Program-made: the position numbers and the translations under genes
Notes under the pieces: model-generated
Database searches by the model: none
What the model was told of the DNA's origin: nothing
The model's input: the letters and a program-made list of their open reading frames with translations, nothing else
In this document: one piece after another, positions 30,784 through 40,709 of the stretch
Numbering within the stretch: the stretch's first letter is position 1
How the letters are laid out: each line of letters begins with the position of its first letter
Assembly: GCF_053078305.1 (NCBI RefSeq)
Contig: NZ_CP166879.1
DNA length: 64,000 nucleotides
Reading direction: 5' to 3' (one strand)

Positions 30784-30811
30784 TTGCACCGCTTCTGACG
30801 ATGAGTATAAT
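30784..30811 (+). promoter_or_regulatory. pyrLBI promoter
   Basis: TTGCAC (30784-30789), a 16-bp spacer, then TATAAT (30806-30811). The downstream initiation region AATTTG is known for UTP-sensitive reiterative transcription. Confidence 0.7.
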
Positions 30812-30836
30812 GCCGGACAATTTGCCGGGAGGATGT

Positions 30837-30971
30837 ATGGTTCAGTGTGTTCGACATTTTGTCTTACCGCGTCTGAAAAAAGACGCTGGCCTGCCGTTTT
30901 TCTTCCCGTTGATCACCCATTCCCAGCCCCTCAATCGAGGGGCTTTTTTTTGCCCAGGCGTCAGGAGATAA
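30837..30971 (+). CDS. pyrL: pyrBI operon leader peptide (44 aa)
   Basis: MVQCVRHFVLPRLKKDAGLPFFFPLITHSQPLNRGAFFCPGVRR. It spans the attenuator hairpin. Confidence 0.9.
   Translation: MVQCVRHFVLPRLKKDAGLPFFFPLITHSQPLNRGAFFCPGVRR
30925..30951 (+). terminator. pyrBI attenuator (UTP-sensitive rho-independent terminator)
   Basis: AGCCCCTC AATC GAGGGGCT followed by TTTTTTTT, about 25 bp before the pyrB ATG. Confidence 0.92.
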
Positions 30972-30974
30972 AAG

Positions 30975-31910
30975 ATGGCTAATCCGCTATATCAGAAACA
31001 TATCATTTCCATAAACGACCTTAGTCGCGATGACCTTAATCTGGTGCTGGCGACAGCGGCGAAACTGAAAGCAAACCCGCAACCAGAGCTGTTGAAGCAC
31101 AAAGTCATTGCCAGCTGTTTCTTCGAAGCCTCTACCCGTACCCGCCTCTCTTTCGAAACTTCCATGCACCGCCTGGGTGCCAGCGTGGTGGGCTTCTCCG
31201 ACAGCGCCAATACATCACTGGGTAAAAAGGGCGAAACGCTGGCCGATACCATTTCGGTTATCAGCACTTACGTCGATGCGATAGTGATGCGTCATCCGCA
31301 GGAAGGTGCGGCGCGCCTGGCCACCGAGTTTTCCGGCAATGTACCGGTACTGAATGCCGGTGATGGCTCCAACCAACATCCGACGCAAACCTTGCTGGAC
31401 TTATTCACTATTCAGGAAACCCAGGGGCGTCTGGACAATCTCCACGTCGCAATGGTTGGTGACCTGAAATATGGCCGCACCGTTCACTCCCTGACTCAGG
31501 CGTTAGCGAAGTTCGACGGCAACCGTTTTTACTTCATCGCGCCGGACGCGCTGGCAATGCCGCAATACATTCTGGATATGCTTGATGAAAAAGGGATCGC
31601 CTGGAGTCTGCACAGCTCTATTGAAGAAGTGATGGCGGAAGTAGACATCCTGTACATGACCCGCGTGCAAAAAGAGCGTCTGGACCCGTCCGAGTACGCC
31701 AACGTGAAAGCGCAGTTTGTTCTTCGCGCCAGCGATCTCTACAACGCCAAAGCCAATATGAAAGTACTGCATCCGCTGCCGCGTGTTGATGAAATTGCGA
31801 CGGATGTTGATAAAACGCCACACGCCTGGTACTTCCAGCAGGCAGGCAACGGGATTTTCGCTCGCCAGGCGTTACTGGCACTGGTTCTGAATCGCGATCT
31901 GGTACTGTAA
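30975..31910 (+). CDS. pyrB: Aspartate carbamoyltransferase catalytic subunit
   Basis: 311 aa with STRTR, HPTQ and HPLPR motifs. Confidence 0.98.
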   Translation: MANPLYQKHIISINDLSRDDLNLVLATAAKLKANPQPELLKHKVIASCFFEASTRTRLSFETSMHRLGASVVGFSDSANTSLGKKGETLADTISVISTYVDAIVMRHPQEGAARLATEFSGNVPVLNAGDGSNQHPTQTLLDLFTIQETQGRLDNLHVAMVGDLKYGRTVHSLTQALAKFDGNRFYFIAPDALAMPQYILDMLDEKGIAWSLHSSIEEVMAEVDILYMTRVQKERLDPSEYANVKAQFVLRASDLYNAKANMKVLHPLPRVDEIATDVDKTPHAWYFQQAGNGIFARQALLALVLNRDLVL

Positions 31911-31922
31911 GGGGAAATAGAG

Positions 31923-32384
31923 ATGACACACGATAATAAATTGCAGGTTGAAGCTATTAAACGCGGCACGGTAATTGACCATATCCCCGCCCAGATCGGT
32001 TTTAAGCTGTTGAGTCTGTTCAAGCTGACCGAAACAGATCAGCGCATCACCATTGGTCTGAACCTGCCTTCTGGCGAGATGGGCCGCAAAGATCTGATCA
32101 AAATCGAAAATACCTTTTTGAGTGAAGATCAAGTAGATCAACTGGCATTGTATGCGCCGCAAGCCACGGTTAACCGTATCGACAACTATGAAGTGGTGGG
32201 TAAATCGCGCCCAAGTCTGCCGGAGCGCATCGACAATGTGCTGGTCTGCCCGAACAGCAACTGTATCAGCCATGCCGAACCGGTTTCTTCCAGCTTTGCC
32301 GTGCGAAAACGCGCCAATGATATCGCGCTCAAATGCAAATACTGTGAAAAAGAGTTTTCCCATAATGTGGTGCTGGCCAATTAA
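31923..32384 (+). CDS. pyrI: Aspartate carbamoyltransferase regulatory subunit
   Basis: 153 aa with C-terminal Zn site CPNSNC...CKYCEK. Confidence 0.98.
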
Positions 32385-32397
32385 TTGCGGTTGGTAA

Positions 32398-32433
32398 TAA
32401 AAGTCTGGCTCCCTATAATGAGCCAGACTTTTT
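32398..32433 (+). terminator. pyrBI terminator
   Basis: AGTCTGGCT (32402-32410) pairs with AGCCAGACT (32421-32429), followed by TTTT. Confidence 0.85.
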
Positions 32434-32456
32434 ACCGCTGTAATAAAGGAGAAATC

Positions 32457-32843
32457 ATGAGCAAAACTATCGCGACGGAAAATGCACCGGCAGCTATCGG
32501 TCCTTACGTACAGGGCGTTGATCTGGGCAATATGATCATCACCTCCGGTCAGATCCCGGTAAATCCGAAAACGGGCGAAGTACCGGCAGACGTCGCTGCA
32601 CAGGCACGTCAGTCGCTGGATAACGTAAAAGCGATCGTCGAAGCCGCTGGCCTGAAAGTGGGCGACATCGTTAAAACCACCGTGTTTGTGAAAGATCTGA
32701 ACGACTTCGCAACCGTAAACGCCACTTACGAAGCCTTCTTCACCGAACACAACGCCACCTTCCCGGCACGTTCTTGCGTTGAAGTTGCCCGTCTGCCGAA
32801 AGACGTGAAGATTGAGATCGAAGCGATCGCTGTTCGTCGCTAA
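32457..32843 (+). CDS. ridA: Enamine/imine deaminase (128 aa from MSKTIATENAPAAIGPY)
   Basis: Matches RidA/YjgF. AAGGAG SD. The ORF-track start at 32385 is an extension. Confidence 0.96.
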   Translation: MSKTIATENAPAAIGPYVQGVDLGNMIITSGQIPVNPKTGEVPADVAAQARQSLDNVKAIVEAAGLKVGDIVKTTVFVKDLNDFATVNATYEAFFTEHNATFPARSCVEVARLPKDVKIEIEAIAVRR

Positions 32844-32901
32844 TCTTGATGGAAATCCGGGCTATCATGCCCGGATTAAGTCTGATGACAAACGCAAAAT
32901 C

Positions 32902-32990
32902 GCCTGATGCGCTACGCTTATCAGGCCTACGTGATTCCTGCAATTTATTGAATTTGTTGGCCGGATAAGGCATTTACGCCGCATCCGGCA
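32902..32990. repeat. BIME (two REP elements in inverted orientation)
   Basis: GCCTGATGCGCTACGCTTATCAGGCCTAC and GGCCGGATAAGGCATTTACGCCGCATCCGGCA. Confidence 0.88.
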
Positions 32991-33048
32991 TGAACAAAGC
33001 TTACTTTGTCTGCAATCTGAATCGGGGCTATCGTGCCCAGTTTATTCT

Positions 33049-35745
33049 TTATTGCCAGCCGTAACGACGGCTATAGAACCCTTTCACCAACTGGGTTAAT
33101 GTCATATACCCTGCCAGAATCGCAACCAGCCACGGGAAATAGCTTAACGGCAGCGCCTGTAATTGCAGATAACTGGCCAGCGGTGAAAACGGCAATGCGA
33201 TCCCGACAATCATCACGATCACGGTCATGATCATTAACGGCCACGATGCACAGCTCTGAATAAACGGCACACGGCGGGTGCGGATCATATGCACAATCAG
33301 CGTTTGCGACAGTAAGCCCACCACAAACCATCCCGACTGGAACAGCGTTTGCGTTTCCGGCGTGTTGGCATGGAATACCCACCACATCAGGCAAAACGTC
33401 AGAATATCGAAGATCGAGCTGATCGGTCCGAAGAAGATCATAAAGCGCCCCAGATCCGCCGGATTCCAACGCTGCGGCTTTTGAATTTGCTCGTCGTCGA
33501 CGTTATCAAACGGGATCGCCACCTGTGACACATCGTACAGCAGGTTCTGAATAAGCAAGTGTAACGGCAACATCGGCAGGAAGGGCAAGAAAGCACTCGC
33601 CACCAGCACGCTGAACACATTACCGAAGTTAGAGCTCGCCGTCATTTTGATGTATTTCAGCATGTTGGCGAAAGTGCGACGTCCCTCAATAACCCCCTCT
33701 TCCAGCACCATCAGGCTTTTTTCCAGCAGGATGATATCAGCCGCTTCACGGGCAATATCTACCGCGCCGTCCACAGAAATGCCGATATCCGCAGCGCGTA
33801 AGGCGGGCGCATCATTAATACCATCGCCCATAAAGCCAACCACATGCCCTTCGCGCTTCAGTAAGGTCACAATGCGTTCTTTATGCATCGGCGTCAGGCG
33901 GGCAAACAGCGTGGTGCGCTGTGCAAGATTTGCCAGTTCGTCGTCAGATAGCGTTTCAATATCACTACCAATGACCACCTCTCCCGCGTCCAGCCCCACT
34001 TCATGGCACACTTTCGCTGCAACTAACTCACTGTCGCCAGTAAGGATTTTTACGGTAATTCCACTCGCTTTTAATGCCTTCAGTGCCGGAGCGGTTGTCT
34101 CTTTTGGCGGATCAAGGAAAGCAATATATCCTTCGAGGATCAGGTCGGATTCATCCGCCCGCTGGTAATCTCCTTCACGCGCTGGCAGGTATTTCGTCGC
34201 CACCGCAACCACGCGCAGCCCCTGACGATTCAGCGTATCAGTAACCCGCTTAATCTTACGCAGCATGATGTCATCGAGCGGCACAATCTCGCCATTGTGA
34301 CGCACCTGCGAACACACATTGAGGATTTCCTGCAATGCACCTTTGCAAACCAGCTGATGGTGCTCGGTATTTTCTGCCACTACCACCGACATCCGGCGAC
34401 GCTCGAAATCAAACGGAATCTCATCGATTTTTTGCCAACGACTGGCCAGCGAGCGCGCTGACTCTTCATCCGTACCTTCGAGCACCGCTGTATCGAGCAG
34501 GTTTTTAAGTCCGGTCTGATAATGACTGTTCAACCACGCGCTATGCAGCACGCGTTCGCTGGTTTTACCGGAGATATCGGTATGATTCTCCAGCACAATT
34601 TTATCCTGCGTCAGGGTGCCGGTTTTATCAGTGCACAGAATATCCATTGCGCCAAAGTTCTGAATAGCATCCAGATGTTTGACGATCACTTTCTGTTTCG
34701 ACAGCTTTACTGCGCCGCGCGCCAGCGTCGAGGTAACAATCATCGGCAACATTTCCGGCGTTAGGCCTACCGCGACCGAAAGCGCAAACAGCGCCGCTTC
34801 CCACCAGTCGCCTTTGGTGTAACCATTGATTAACAGCACCACCGGTGCCATCACCAGCATAAAGCGAATCAGCAGCATACTGACGCGGCTGATCCCTTGC
34901 TGAAAGGCATTCGGCTCGCTTTCCTGCTCACTAACACGCCCCGCCAGTTGACCAAACCAGGTATTGGCACCTGTAGCAATCACCATTGCTTGTGCCGTGC
35001 CGCTCACCACGGTGGTGCCCATAAAACACAGCGTGTCGCACTCCAGCGGATTGCTGTGCTCCGGCTGGCGAGTGGTAGCGGCTTTTTCTACGGGCAGAGA
35101 CTCACCGGTTAACGACGCCTGAGCGACGAACAGATCCCGCGCCTGCAAGATACGTAAATCTGCCGGGATCATATCTCCCGCCGCCAGTTTTATAATATCG
35201 CCGGGCACCAGCTGGTCGATCGGGATCTCCAGCCAGCCATTTTCGCCTTTGTCGTTAATTACGCGCAGCACCGTCGCGGTATTGCTGACCATCGCTTTCA
35301 GGGCATCTGCCGCTTTAGTGGAACGTGCTTCCTGAATAAAGTTCAGCAACGTTGAAATAGCGACCATTAGCGCGATAACGCCCGCAGCAAATAAATCTTC
35401 CGTGGCGTAAGAAATAGCGCCGAGAATGGTGAGTAAAATATTAAAGGGGTTGCGATAGCAGGCCCATAAATGTACCCACCACGGCGACGGTTGTTGTGCG
35501 GGTAATTTATTTTCACCATGTTGTTCGCGGGCAGATTCCACTTCCGCCTGATTTAACCCTTCCGGATGGGTGTCGAACGTTTTCCACAATTCTTCTTCGG
35601 GCATCACCGCCATTTTCAGGCAATGCGCACTTAAGGACGGCGGGACCACCGTATTCACTGTCTGCTGCGCGCCAGGCAATGGATCACGATGAACCAGACG
35701 GGAAGGTAAATGGCGAGTGAGCCGGGTAAAAATTTCTTTAAACAT
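33049..35745 (-). CDS. mgtA: Mg2+-importing P-type ATPase
   Basis: 898 aa with the phosphorylation motif DKTGTLT, and the TGD and GDGINDAP motifs. Confidence 0.98.
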   Translation of the reverse strand: MFKEIFTRLTRHLPSRLVHRDPLPGAQQTVNTVVPPSLSAHCLKMAVMPEEELWKTFDTHPEGLNQAEVESAREQHGENKLPAQQPSPWWVHLWACYRNPFNILLTILGAISYATEDLFAAGVIALMVAISTLLNFIQEARSTKAADALKAMVSNTATVLRVINDKGENGWLEIPIDQLVPGDIIKLAAGDMIPADLRILQARDLFVAQASLTGESLPVEKAATTRQPEHSNPLECDTLCFMGTTVVSGTAQAMVIATGANTWFGQLAGRVSEQESEPNAFQQGISRVSMLLIRFMLVMAPVVLLINGYTKGDWWEAALFALSVAVGLTPEMLPMIVTSTLARGAVKLSKQKVIVKHLDAIQNFGAMDILCTDKTGTLTQDKIVLENHTDISGKTSERVLHSAWLNSHYQTGLKNLLDTAVLEGTDEESARSLASRWQKIDEIPFDFERRRMSVVVAENTEHHQLVCKGALQEILNVCSQVRHNGEIVPLDDIMLRKIKRVTDTLNRQGLRVVAVATKYLPAREGDYQRADESDLILEGYIAFLDPPKETTAPALKALKASGITVKILTGDSELVAAKVCHEVGLDAGEVVIGSDIETLSDDELANLAQRTTLFARLTPMHKERIVTLLKREGHVVGFMGDGINDAPALRAADIGISVDGAVDIAREAADIILLEKSLMVLEEGVIEGRRTFANMLKYIKMTASSNFGNVFSVLVASAFLPFLPMLPLHLLIQNLLYDVSQVAIPFDNVDDEQIQKPQRWNPADLGRFMIFFGPISSIFDILTFCLMWWVFHANTPETQTLFQSGWFVVGLLSQTLIVHMIRTRRVPFIQSCASWPLMIMTVIVMIVGIALPFSPLASYLQLQALPLSYFPWLVAILAGYMTLTQLVKGFYSRRYGWQ

Positions 35746-36008
35746 AAGGAGTCCCTCCGCACTGTCTGAAACAGTACAGAAATGTCTTCAGGCGTGGCGA
35801 AGCCTTACCTGAAGGTAATAAAGCTGAGCAGGGACGTTAAAACGTCACGGCCTTACGCATCCGGTAACGCCGTGAAAAGACGGGCTTACCGGAAAAGTTT
35901 TAATCTCCGTCGAGGGAGAGGCGTGGGATCAGGTTCCATATAACCTCCGGTAAGTGAAAAAAGCGCCGCAAATAATAAGGAGAATCCAATAATATTCGTA
36001 GCATCTAT
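35746..36008 (-). promoter_or_regulatory. mgtA 5' leader (Mg2+- and proline-responsive attenuation region)
   Basis: A roughly 263-nt untranslated leader lies between the inferred PhoP-dependent start and the mgtA ATG and contains mgtL. Function is from established E. coli/Salmonella work. The start site is inferred from the -10 position. Confidence 0.75.
35886..35939 (-). CDS. mgtL: mgtA leader peptide (17 aa, proline-rich)
   Basis: [17 protein letters not shown]. These are the last 17 codons of an 88-aa ORF in the track. Confidence 0.88.
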
Positions 36009-36032
36009 GGCGATATAATACCTGCTGGCAAC

Positions 36033-36049
36033 TAAACCAACGATAAACC
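36033..36049 (-). promoter_or_regulatory. PhoP box of the mgtA promoter
   Basis: The minus strand reads GGTTTA TCGTT GGTTTA, a direct hexamer repeat with a 5-nt spacer. It lies 12 bp upstream of a TATTAT -10 (36020-36015). Confidence 0.85.
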
Positions 36050-36123
36050 AGACTTTACCCATTGCTGAATGCATGGGTAAAGTTAGGCTCAAATAATTAA
36101 ACAACACGTTACGGGACAACAGG

Positions 36124-37071
36124 ATGCAAAATCGGCTGACCATCAAAGACATCGCGCGCTTAAGCGGCGTGGGGAAATCTACAGTTTCCCGGGTGCTGAA
36201 TAACGAAAGCGGCGTGAGCCAGCGTACGCGCGAGCGTGTTGAAGCAGTGATGAATCAGCATGGATTTTCCCCTTCCCGCTCTGCGCGCGCTATGCGTGGG
36301 CAAAGCGATAAAGTGGTCGCCATCATTGTTACCCGTCTGGATTCGTTGTCAGAAAATCTCGCCGTTCAAACCATGCTGCCAGCGTTCTATGAACAAGGTT
36401 ACGACCCAATCATGATGGAAAGTCAGTTTTCCCCGCAATTAGTTGCCGAACATTTGGGGGTGCTGAAACGGCGTAATATCGACGGCGTAGTGCTGTTCGG
36501 TTTTACTGGCATAACAGAAGAAATGTTAGCCCACTGGCAGTCATCGCTGGTTCTGCTGGCGCGTGACGCAAAAGGCTTTGCTTCGGTCTGTTATGACGAC
36601 GAAGGGGCAATCAAGATCCTGATGCAACGGCTGTATGACCAGGGGCATCGTAATATCAGTTATCTCGGCGTGCCGCACAGTGACGTGACAACCGGTAAGC
36701 GACGTCACGAAGCCTACCTGGCGTTCTGCAAAGCGCATAAACTGCATCCCGTTGCCGCTCTGCCAGGCCTTGCTATGAAGCAAGGCTATGAGAACGTAGC
36801 AAAAGTGATTACGCCTGAAACTACCGCCTTACTGTGCGCAACCGACACGCTGGCACTTGGCGCAAGTAAATACCTGCAAGAGCAACGCATCGACACCTTG
36901 CAACTGGCAAGCGTCGGTAATACGCCGTTAATGAAATTCCTCCATCCGGAGATCGTCACCGTAGATCCCGGTTACGCCGAAGCTGGACGCCAGGCGGCCT
37001 GCCAGTTGATCGCACAGGTAACCGGACGCAGCGAACCGCAACAAATCATCATCCCCGCCACCCTGTCCTGA
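36124..37071 (+). CDS. treR: Trehalose-6-phosphate-responsive LacI-family repressor
   Basis: 315 aa with N-terminal HTH LTIKDIARLSGVGKSTVSRVLN. Confidence 0.96.
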   Translation: MQNRLTIKDIARLSGVGKSTVSRVLNNESGVSQRTRERVEAVMNQHGFSPSRSARAMRGQSDKVVAIIVTRLDSLSENLAVQTMLPAFYEQGYDPIMMESQFSPQLVAEHLGVLKRRNIDGVVLFGFTGITEEMLAHWQSSLVLLARDAKGFASVCYDDEGAIKILMQRLYDQGHRNISYLGVPHSDVTTGKRRHEAYLAFCKAHKLHPVAALPGLAMKQGYENVAKVITPETTALLCATDTLALGASKYLQEQRIDTLQLASVGNTPLMKFLHPEIVTVDPGYAEAGRQAACQLIAQVTGRSEPQQIIIPATLS

Positions 37072-37110
37072 TCGTTTCCTGAACGATAAATTGTGATCTT
37101 CGCTGCGTTT

Positions 37111-37124
37111 CGGGAACGTTCCCG
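37111..37124. promoter_or_regulatory. TreR operator upstream of treB
   Basis: CGGGAACGTTCCCG is a perfect 14-bp palindrome of LacI-family type. A TGTGA motif at 37092 may be half of a CRP site. Confidence 0.7.
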
Positions 37125-37189
37125 TTTTTAAATTTTTCCGCGCAATATATTCTGCAGCCAACCAAAAATGTCATCTGCCATGGGGCTTT

Positions 37190-38611
37190 ATGATGAGCAA
37201 AATAAACCAAACGGATATCGATCGGTTGATTGAACTGGTCGGCGGGCGCGGCAATATTGCGACGGTGAGCCACTGTATTACTCGCCTGCGCTTTGTCCTC
37301 AACCAACCGGCCAATGCCAGACCGAAAGAAATTGAGCAACTCCCCATGGTGAAAGGCTGTTTCACCAATGCCGGGCAATTTCAGGTGGTGATTGGCACCA
37401 ACGTGGGTGATTACTATCAAGCACTGATAGCGTCAACCGGACAGGCGCAAGTTGATAAAGAGCAGGTAAAAAAAGCCGCCCGGCAGAATATGAAATGGCA
37501 TGAGCAGTTGATCTCTCATTTCGCGGAGATCTTCTTCCCGTTGCTGCCCGCGTTGATTAGCGGCGGTTTGATCCTCGGTTTTCGCAATGTGATCGGCGAT
37601 TTGCCCATGAGCAACGGTCAAACGCTGGCGCAAATGTACCCTTCCCTGCAAACGATCTACGATTTTCTGTGGTTGATCGGTGAAGCGATCTTCTTCTACC
37701 TGCCGGTCGGGATTTGCTGGTCAGCGGTGAAAAAAATGGGCGGCACGCCGATCCTTGGTATCGTGCTTGGCGTGACACTGGTTTCCCCCCAGCTGATGAA
37801 CGCTTATCTGCTCGGGCAGCAGCTGCCGGAAGTGTGGGACTTTGGCATGTTCAGCATCGCCAAAGTGGGCTATCAGGCGCAGGTGATCCCGGCACTATTA
37901 GCCGGGCTGGCGCTGGGCGTTATTGAAACTCGCCTTAAACGCATCGTGCCGGATTACCTCTATCTGGTGGTGGTGCCCGTCTGTTCGCTGATCCTCGCGG
38001 TGTTCCTCGCCCATGCGCTGATTGGTCCGTTTGGTCGCATGATTGGCGATGGCGTTGCCTTTGCGGTACGTCACCTGATGACCGGCAGCTTTGCTCCGAT
38101 TGGCGCAGCATTGTTTGGCTTCCTGTACGCCCCGCTGGTGATCACCGGCGTACACCAGACCACGCTTGCTATTGATTTGCAGATGATTCAAAGCATGGGT
38201 GGCACGCCAGTGTGGCCGCTGATTGCGCTGTCGAATATCGCTCAGGGCTCCGCCGTGATAGGCATTATCATTTCCAGCCGCAAGCACAATGAACGCGAGA
38301 TCTCCGTGCCTGCGGCGATCTCCGCCTGGCTTGGGGTCACTGAGCCTGCAATGTACGGCATCAACCTGAAATATCGCTTCCCGATGCTGTGCGCGATGAT
38401 TGGTTCTGGTCTGGCAGGATTGCTATGCGGCCTGAACGGCGTTATGGCTAATGGCATCGGCGTAGGCGGCCTGCCGGGAATTCTCTCGATTCAACCGAGC
38501 TACTGGCAGGTGTTTGCGCTGGCAATGGCTATCGCCATCATCATCCCGATTGTACTCACCTCGTTTATCTATCAGCGGAAATACCGCCTGGGCACGCTGG
38601 ACATTGTTTAA
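37190..38611 (+). CDS. treB: PTS trehalose-specific EIIBC component
   Basis: 473 aa with the EIIB cysteine motif (VSHCITRLRF) and a polytopic EIIC domain. Confidence 0.97.
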   Translation: MMSKINQTDIDRLIELVGGRGNIATVSHCITRLRFVLNQPANARPKEIEQLPMVKGCFTNAGQFQVVIGTNVGDYYQALIASTGQAQVDKEQVKKAARQNMKWHEQLISHFAEIFFPLLPALISGGLILGFRNVIGDLPMSNGQTLAQMYPSLQTIYDFLWLIGEAIFFYLPVGICWSAVKKMGGTPILGIVLGVTLVSPQLMNAYLLGQQLPEVWDFGMFSIAKVGYQAQVIPALLAGLALGVIETRLKRIVPDYLYLVVVPVCSLILAVFLAHALIGPFGRMIGDGVAFAVRHLMTGSFAPIGAALFGFLYAPLVITGVHQTTLAIDLQMIQSMGGTPVWPLIALSNIAQGSAVIGIIISSRKHNEREISVPAAISAWLGVTEPAMYGINLKYRFPMLCAMIGSGLAGLLCGLNGVMANGIGVGGLPGILSIQPSYWQVFALAMAIAIIIPIVLTSFIYQRKYRLGTLDIV

Positions 38612-38660
38612 TTTTCTTCGGGGCGCAATTGCGCCCCCTCGCATTTGCAGGAATAACGTA

Positions 38661-40316
38661 ATGACTAATCTTCCCCACTGGTGGCAAAACGGCGTTATCT
38701 ACCAGATTTATCCAAAGAGTTTTCAGGACACCACGGGTAGCGGCACCGGCGATTTACGTGGCGTTATCCAACGCCTGGACTATCTGCATAAACTGGGCGT
38801 TGATGCCATCTGGCTAACCCCCTTTTATGTCTCTCCCCAGGTCGATAACGGTTACGACGTAGCGAACTATACGGCGATTGATCCCACCTACGGCACGCTG
38901 GACGATTTTGACGAACTGGTGACGCAGGCAAAATCGCGCGGGATTCGTATCATTCTCGATATGGTGTTTAACCATACCTCTACCCAACATGCCTGGTTTC
39001 GCGAGGCGCTGAACAAAGAAAGCCCTTACCGCCAGTTTTATATCTGGCGCGATGGCGAACCAGAAACGCCACCGAACAACTGGCGTTCAAAATTTGGCGG
39101 TAGTGCGTGGCGCTGGCATGCGGAAAGCGAACAGTACTATTTGCATCTCTTTGCACCAGAACAGGCGGATCTCAACTGGGAGAATCCAGCGGTACGCGCA
39201 GAGCTGAAAAAAGTCTGTGAGTTCTGGGCCGATCGTGGGGTCGACGGGTTGCGCCTGGATGTGGTGAATCTGATCTCCAAAGACCCGCGTTTCCCTGATG
39301 ACCTGGATGGCGACGGGCGTCGCTTCTACACCGACGGGCCACGAGCACACGAGTTTTTGCACGAGATGAACCGCGATGTGTTTACGCCACGCGGGTTAAT
39401 GACCGTAGGTGAAATGTCCTCCACCAGTCTTGAGCATTGCCAGCGATACGCGGCACTGACAGGCAGTGAATTATCGATGACCTTTAATTTTCATCACCTG
39501 AAGGTCGATTATCCCGGTGGTGAAAAATGGACGCTGGCTAAACCTGACTTTGTGGCGTTGAAAACATTGTTCCGCCACTGGCAACAAGGAATGCACAACG
39601 TAGCATGGAATGCCTTGTTCTGGTGTAACCACGATCAGCCGCGCATTGTTTCTCGCTTTGGTGATGAAGGTGAATACCGCGTGCCTGCGGCAAAAATGCT
39701 GGCGATGGTGCTGCATGGCATGCAGGGAACGCCGTATATCTACCAGGGCGAAGAGATTGGCATGACTAACCCGCATTTCACGCGCATTACTGACTATCGC
39801 GACGTAGAGAGCCTCAATATGTTTGCCGAGCTGCGCAACGATGGGCGTGATGCCGACGAGTTATTGGCAATCCTCGCCAGTAAATCCCGTGACAACAGCC
39901 GCACGCCCATGCAATGGAGCAACGGCGATAATGCCGGGTTTACGGCTGGCGAACCGTGGATTGGCCTGGGCGATAACTATCAACAAATCAACGTAGAAGC
40001 CGCGTTGGCCGATGATTCCTCGGTGTTTTACACCTACCAAAAGTTAATCGCACTGCGTAAGCAGGAAGCCGTTCTGACATGGGGCAATTACCAGGATCTG
40101 CTGCCAAACAGCCCTGTATTGTGGTGCTATCGCCGTGAATGGAAGGGGCAAACCTTGCTGGTCATTGCCAATCTTAGCCGTGAGATTCAACCCTGGCAGC
40201 CAGAGCAAATGCGCGGCAACTGGCAGCTTGTGATGCATAACTACGAAGAAGCCTCACCACAACCCTGTGCCATGACTTTACGGCCTTTTGAGGCTGTCTG
40301 GTGGTTACAGAAGTAA
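38661..40316 (+). CDS. treC: Trehalose-6-phosphate hydrolase (GH13), 551 aa from MTNLPHWWQNGVIYQIYP
   Basis: GH13 motifs DMVFNH, GLRLDVV and the EM...W region. The ORF-track start at 38514 overlaps the treB end and is an extension. Confidence 0.96.
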   Translation: MTNLPHWWQNGVIYQIYPKSFQDTTGSGTGDLRGVIQRLDYLHKLGVDAIWLTPFYVSPQVDNGYDVANYTAIDPTYGTLDDFDELVTQAKSRGIRIILDMVFNHTSTQHAWFREALNKESPYRQFYIWRDGEPETPPNNWRSKFGGSAWRWHAESEQYYLHLFAPEQADLNWENPAVRAELKKVCEFWADRGVDGLRLDVVNLISKDPRFPDDLDGDGRRFYTDGPRAHEFLHEMNRDVFTPRGLMTVGEMSSTSLEHCQRYAALTGSELSMTFNFHHLKVDYPGGEKWTLAKPDFVALKTLFRHWQQGMHNVAWNALFWCNHDQPRIVSRFGDEGEYRVPAAKMLAMVLHGMQGTPYIYQGEEIGMTNPHFTRITDYRDVESLNMFAELRNDGRDADELLAILASKSRDNSRTPMQWSNGDNAGFTAGEPWIGLGDNYQQINVEAALADDSSVFYTYQKLIALRKQEAVLTWGNYQDLLPNSPVLWCYRREWKGQTLLVIANLSREIQPWQPEQMRGNWQLVMHNYEEASPQPCAMTLRPFEAVWWLQK

Positions 40317-40329
40317 ATCTTCCCTAAGC

Positions 40330-40359
40330 CCCGGTAATGCCGGTCATTCCGGGGTTTTG
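40330..40359 (+). terminator. treBC terminator
   Basis: CCCCGG (40330-40335) pairs with CCGGGG (40350-40355), followed by TTTT. Confidence 0.75.
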
Positions 40360-40460
40360 TCTGTCAGCATGTTGTTTTTGTTGATTTTTCAACCAGCAAA
40401 TTCATTAAAAAATTTACATATCGCTGTAGCGCCCGTCATCCGTACGCTCTGCTTTTTACT

Positions 40461-40505
40461 TTGAGCTACATCAAAAAAAGTTCAAACATCCTTGATGCAA
40501 AGCAC
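40461..40505. promoter_or_regulatory. Two FNR sites of the nrdDG promoter
   Basis: TTGAGCTACATCAA (40461-40474) is near-consensus TTGAT-N4-ATCAA. TTGATGCAAAGCAC (40492-40505) has a weaker right half. The centres are 31 bp apart, as described for nrdDG. Confidence 0.75.
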
Positions 40506-40548
40506 TATATATAGACTTTAAAATGCGTCCCAACCCAATATGTTGTAT
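40503..40548. promoter_or_regulatory. Candidate NrdR boxes
   Basis: CACTATATATAGAC (40503-40516) and CCAATATGTTGTAT (40535-40548) are about 32 bp apart and resemble the acaCwAtATaTwgtgt consensus. They sit upstream of a TATAAT at 40557. Confidence 0.5.
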
Positions 40549-40709
40549 TAATCGACTATAATTGCTACTACAGCTCCCCACGAAAAAGGTGCGGCGTTGT
40601 GGATAAGCGGATGGCGATTGCGGAAAGCACCGGAAAACGAAACGAAAAAACCGGAAAACGCCTTTCCCAATTTCTGTGGATAACCTGTTCTTAAAAATAT
40701 GGAGCGATC

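Noticed and set aside
30771-30971. 66-aa ORF upstream of pyrB
   Set aside because: The real product is the 44-aa PyrL leader peptide starting at 30837. The extension begins upstream of the promoter -10 element.
31872-32750. 292-aa ORF antisense to pyrI, the pyrI-ridA spacer and ridA
   Set aside because: It spans two well-defined plus-strand genes and a terminator hairpin, so it is implausible as a gene.
35886-36152. 88-aa ORF upstream of mgtA
   Set aside because: Only the last 17 codons correspond to the known leader peptide MgtL. The rest runs through the mgtA promoter and PhoP box and overlaps the treR start.
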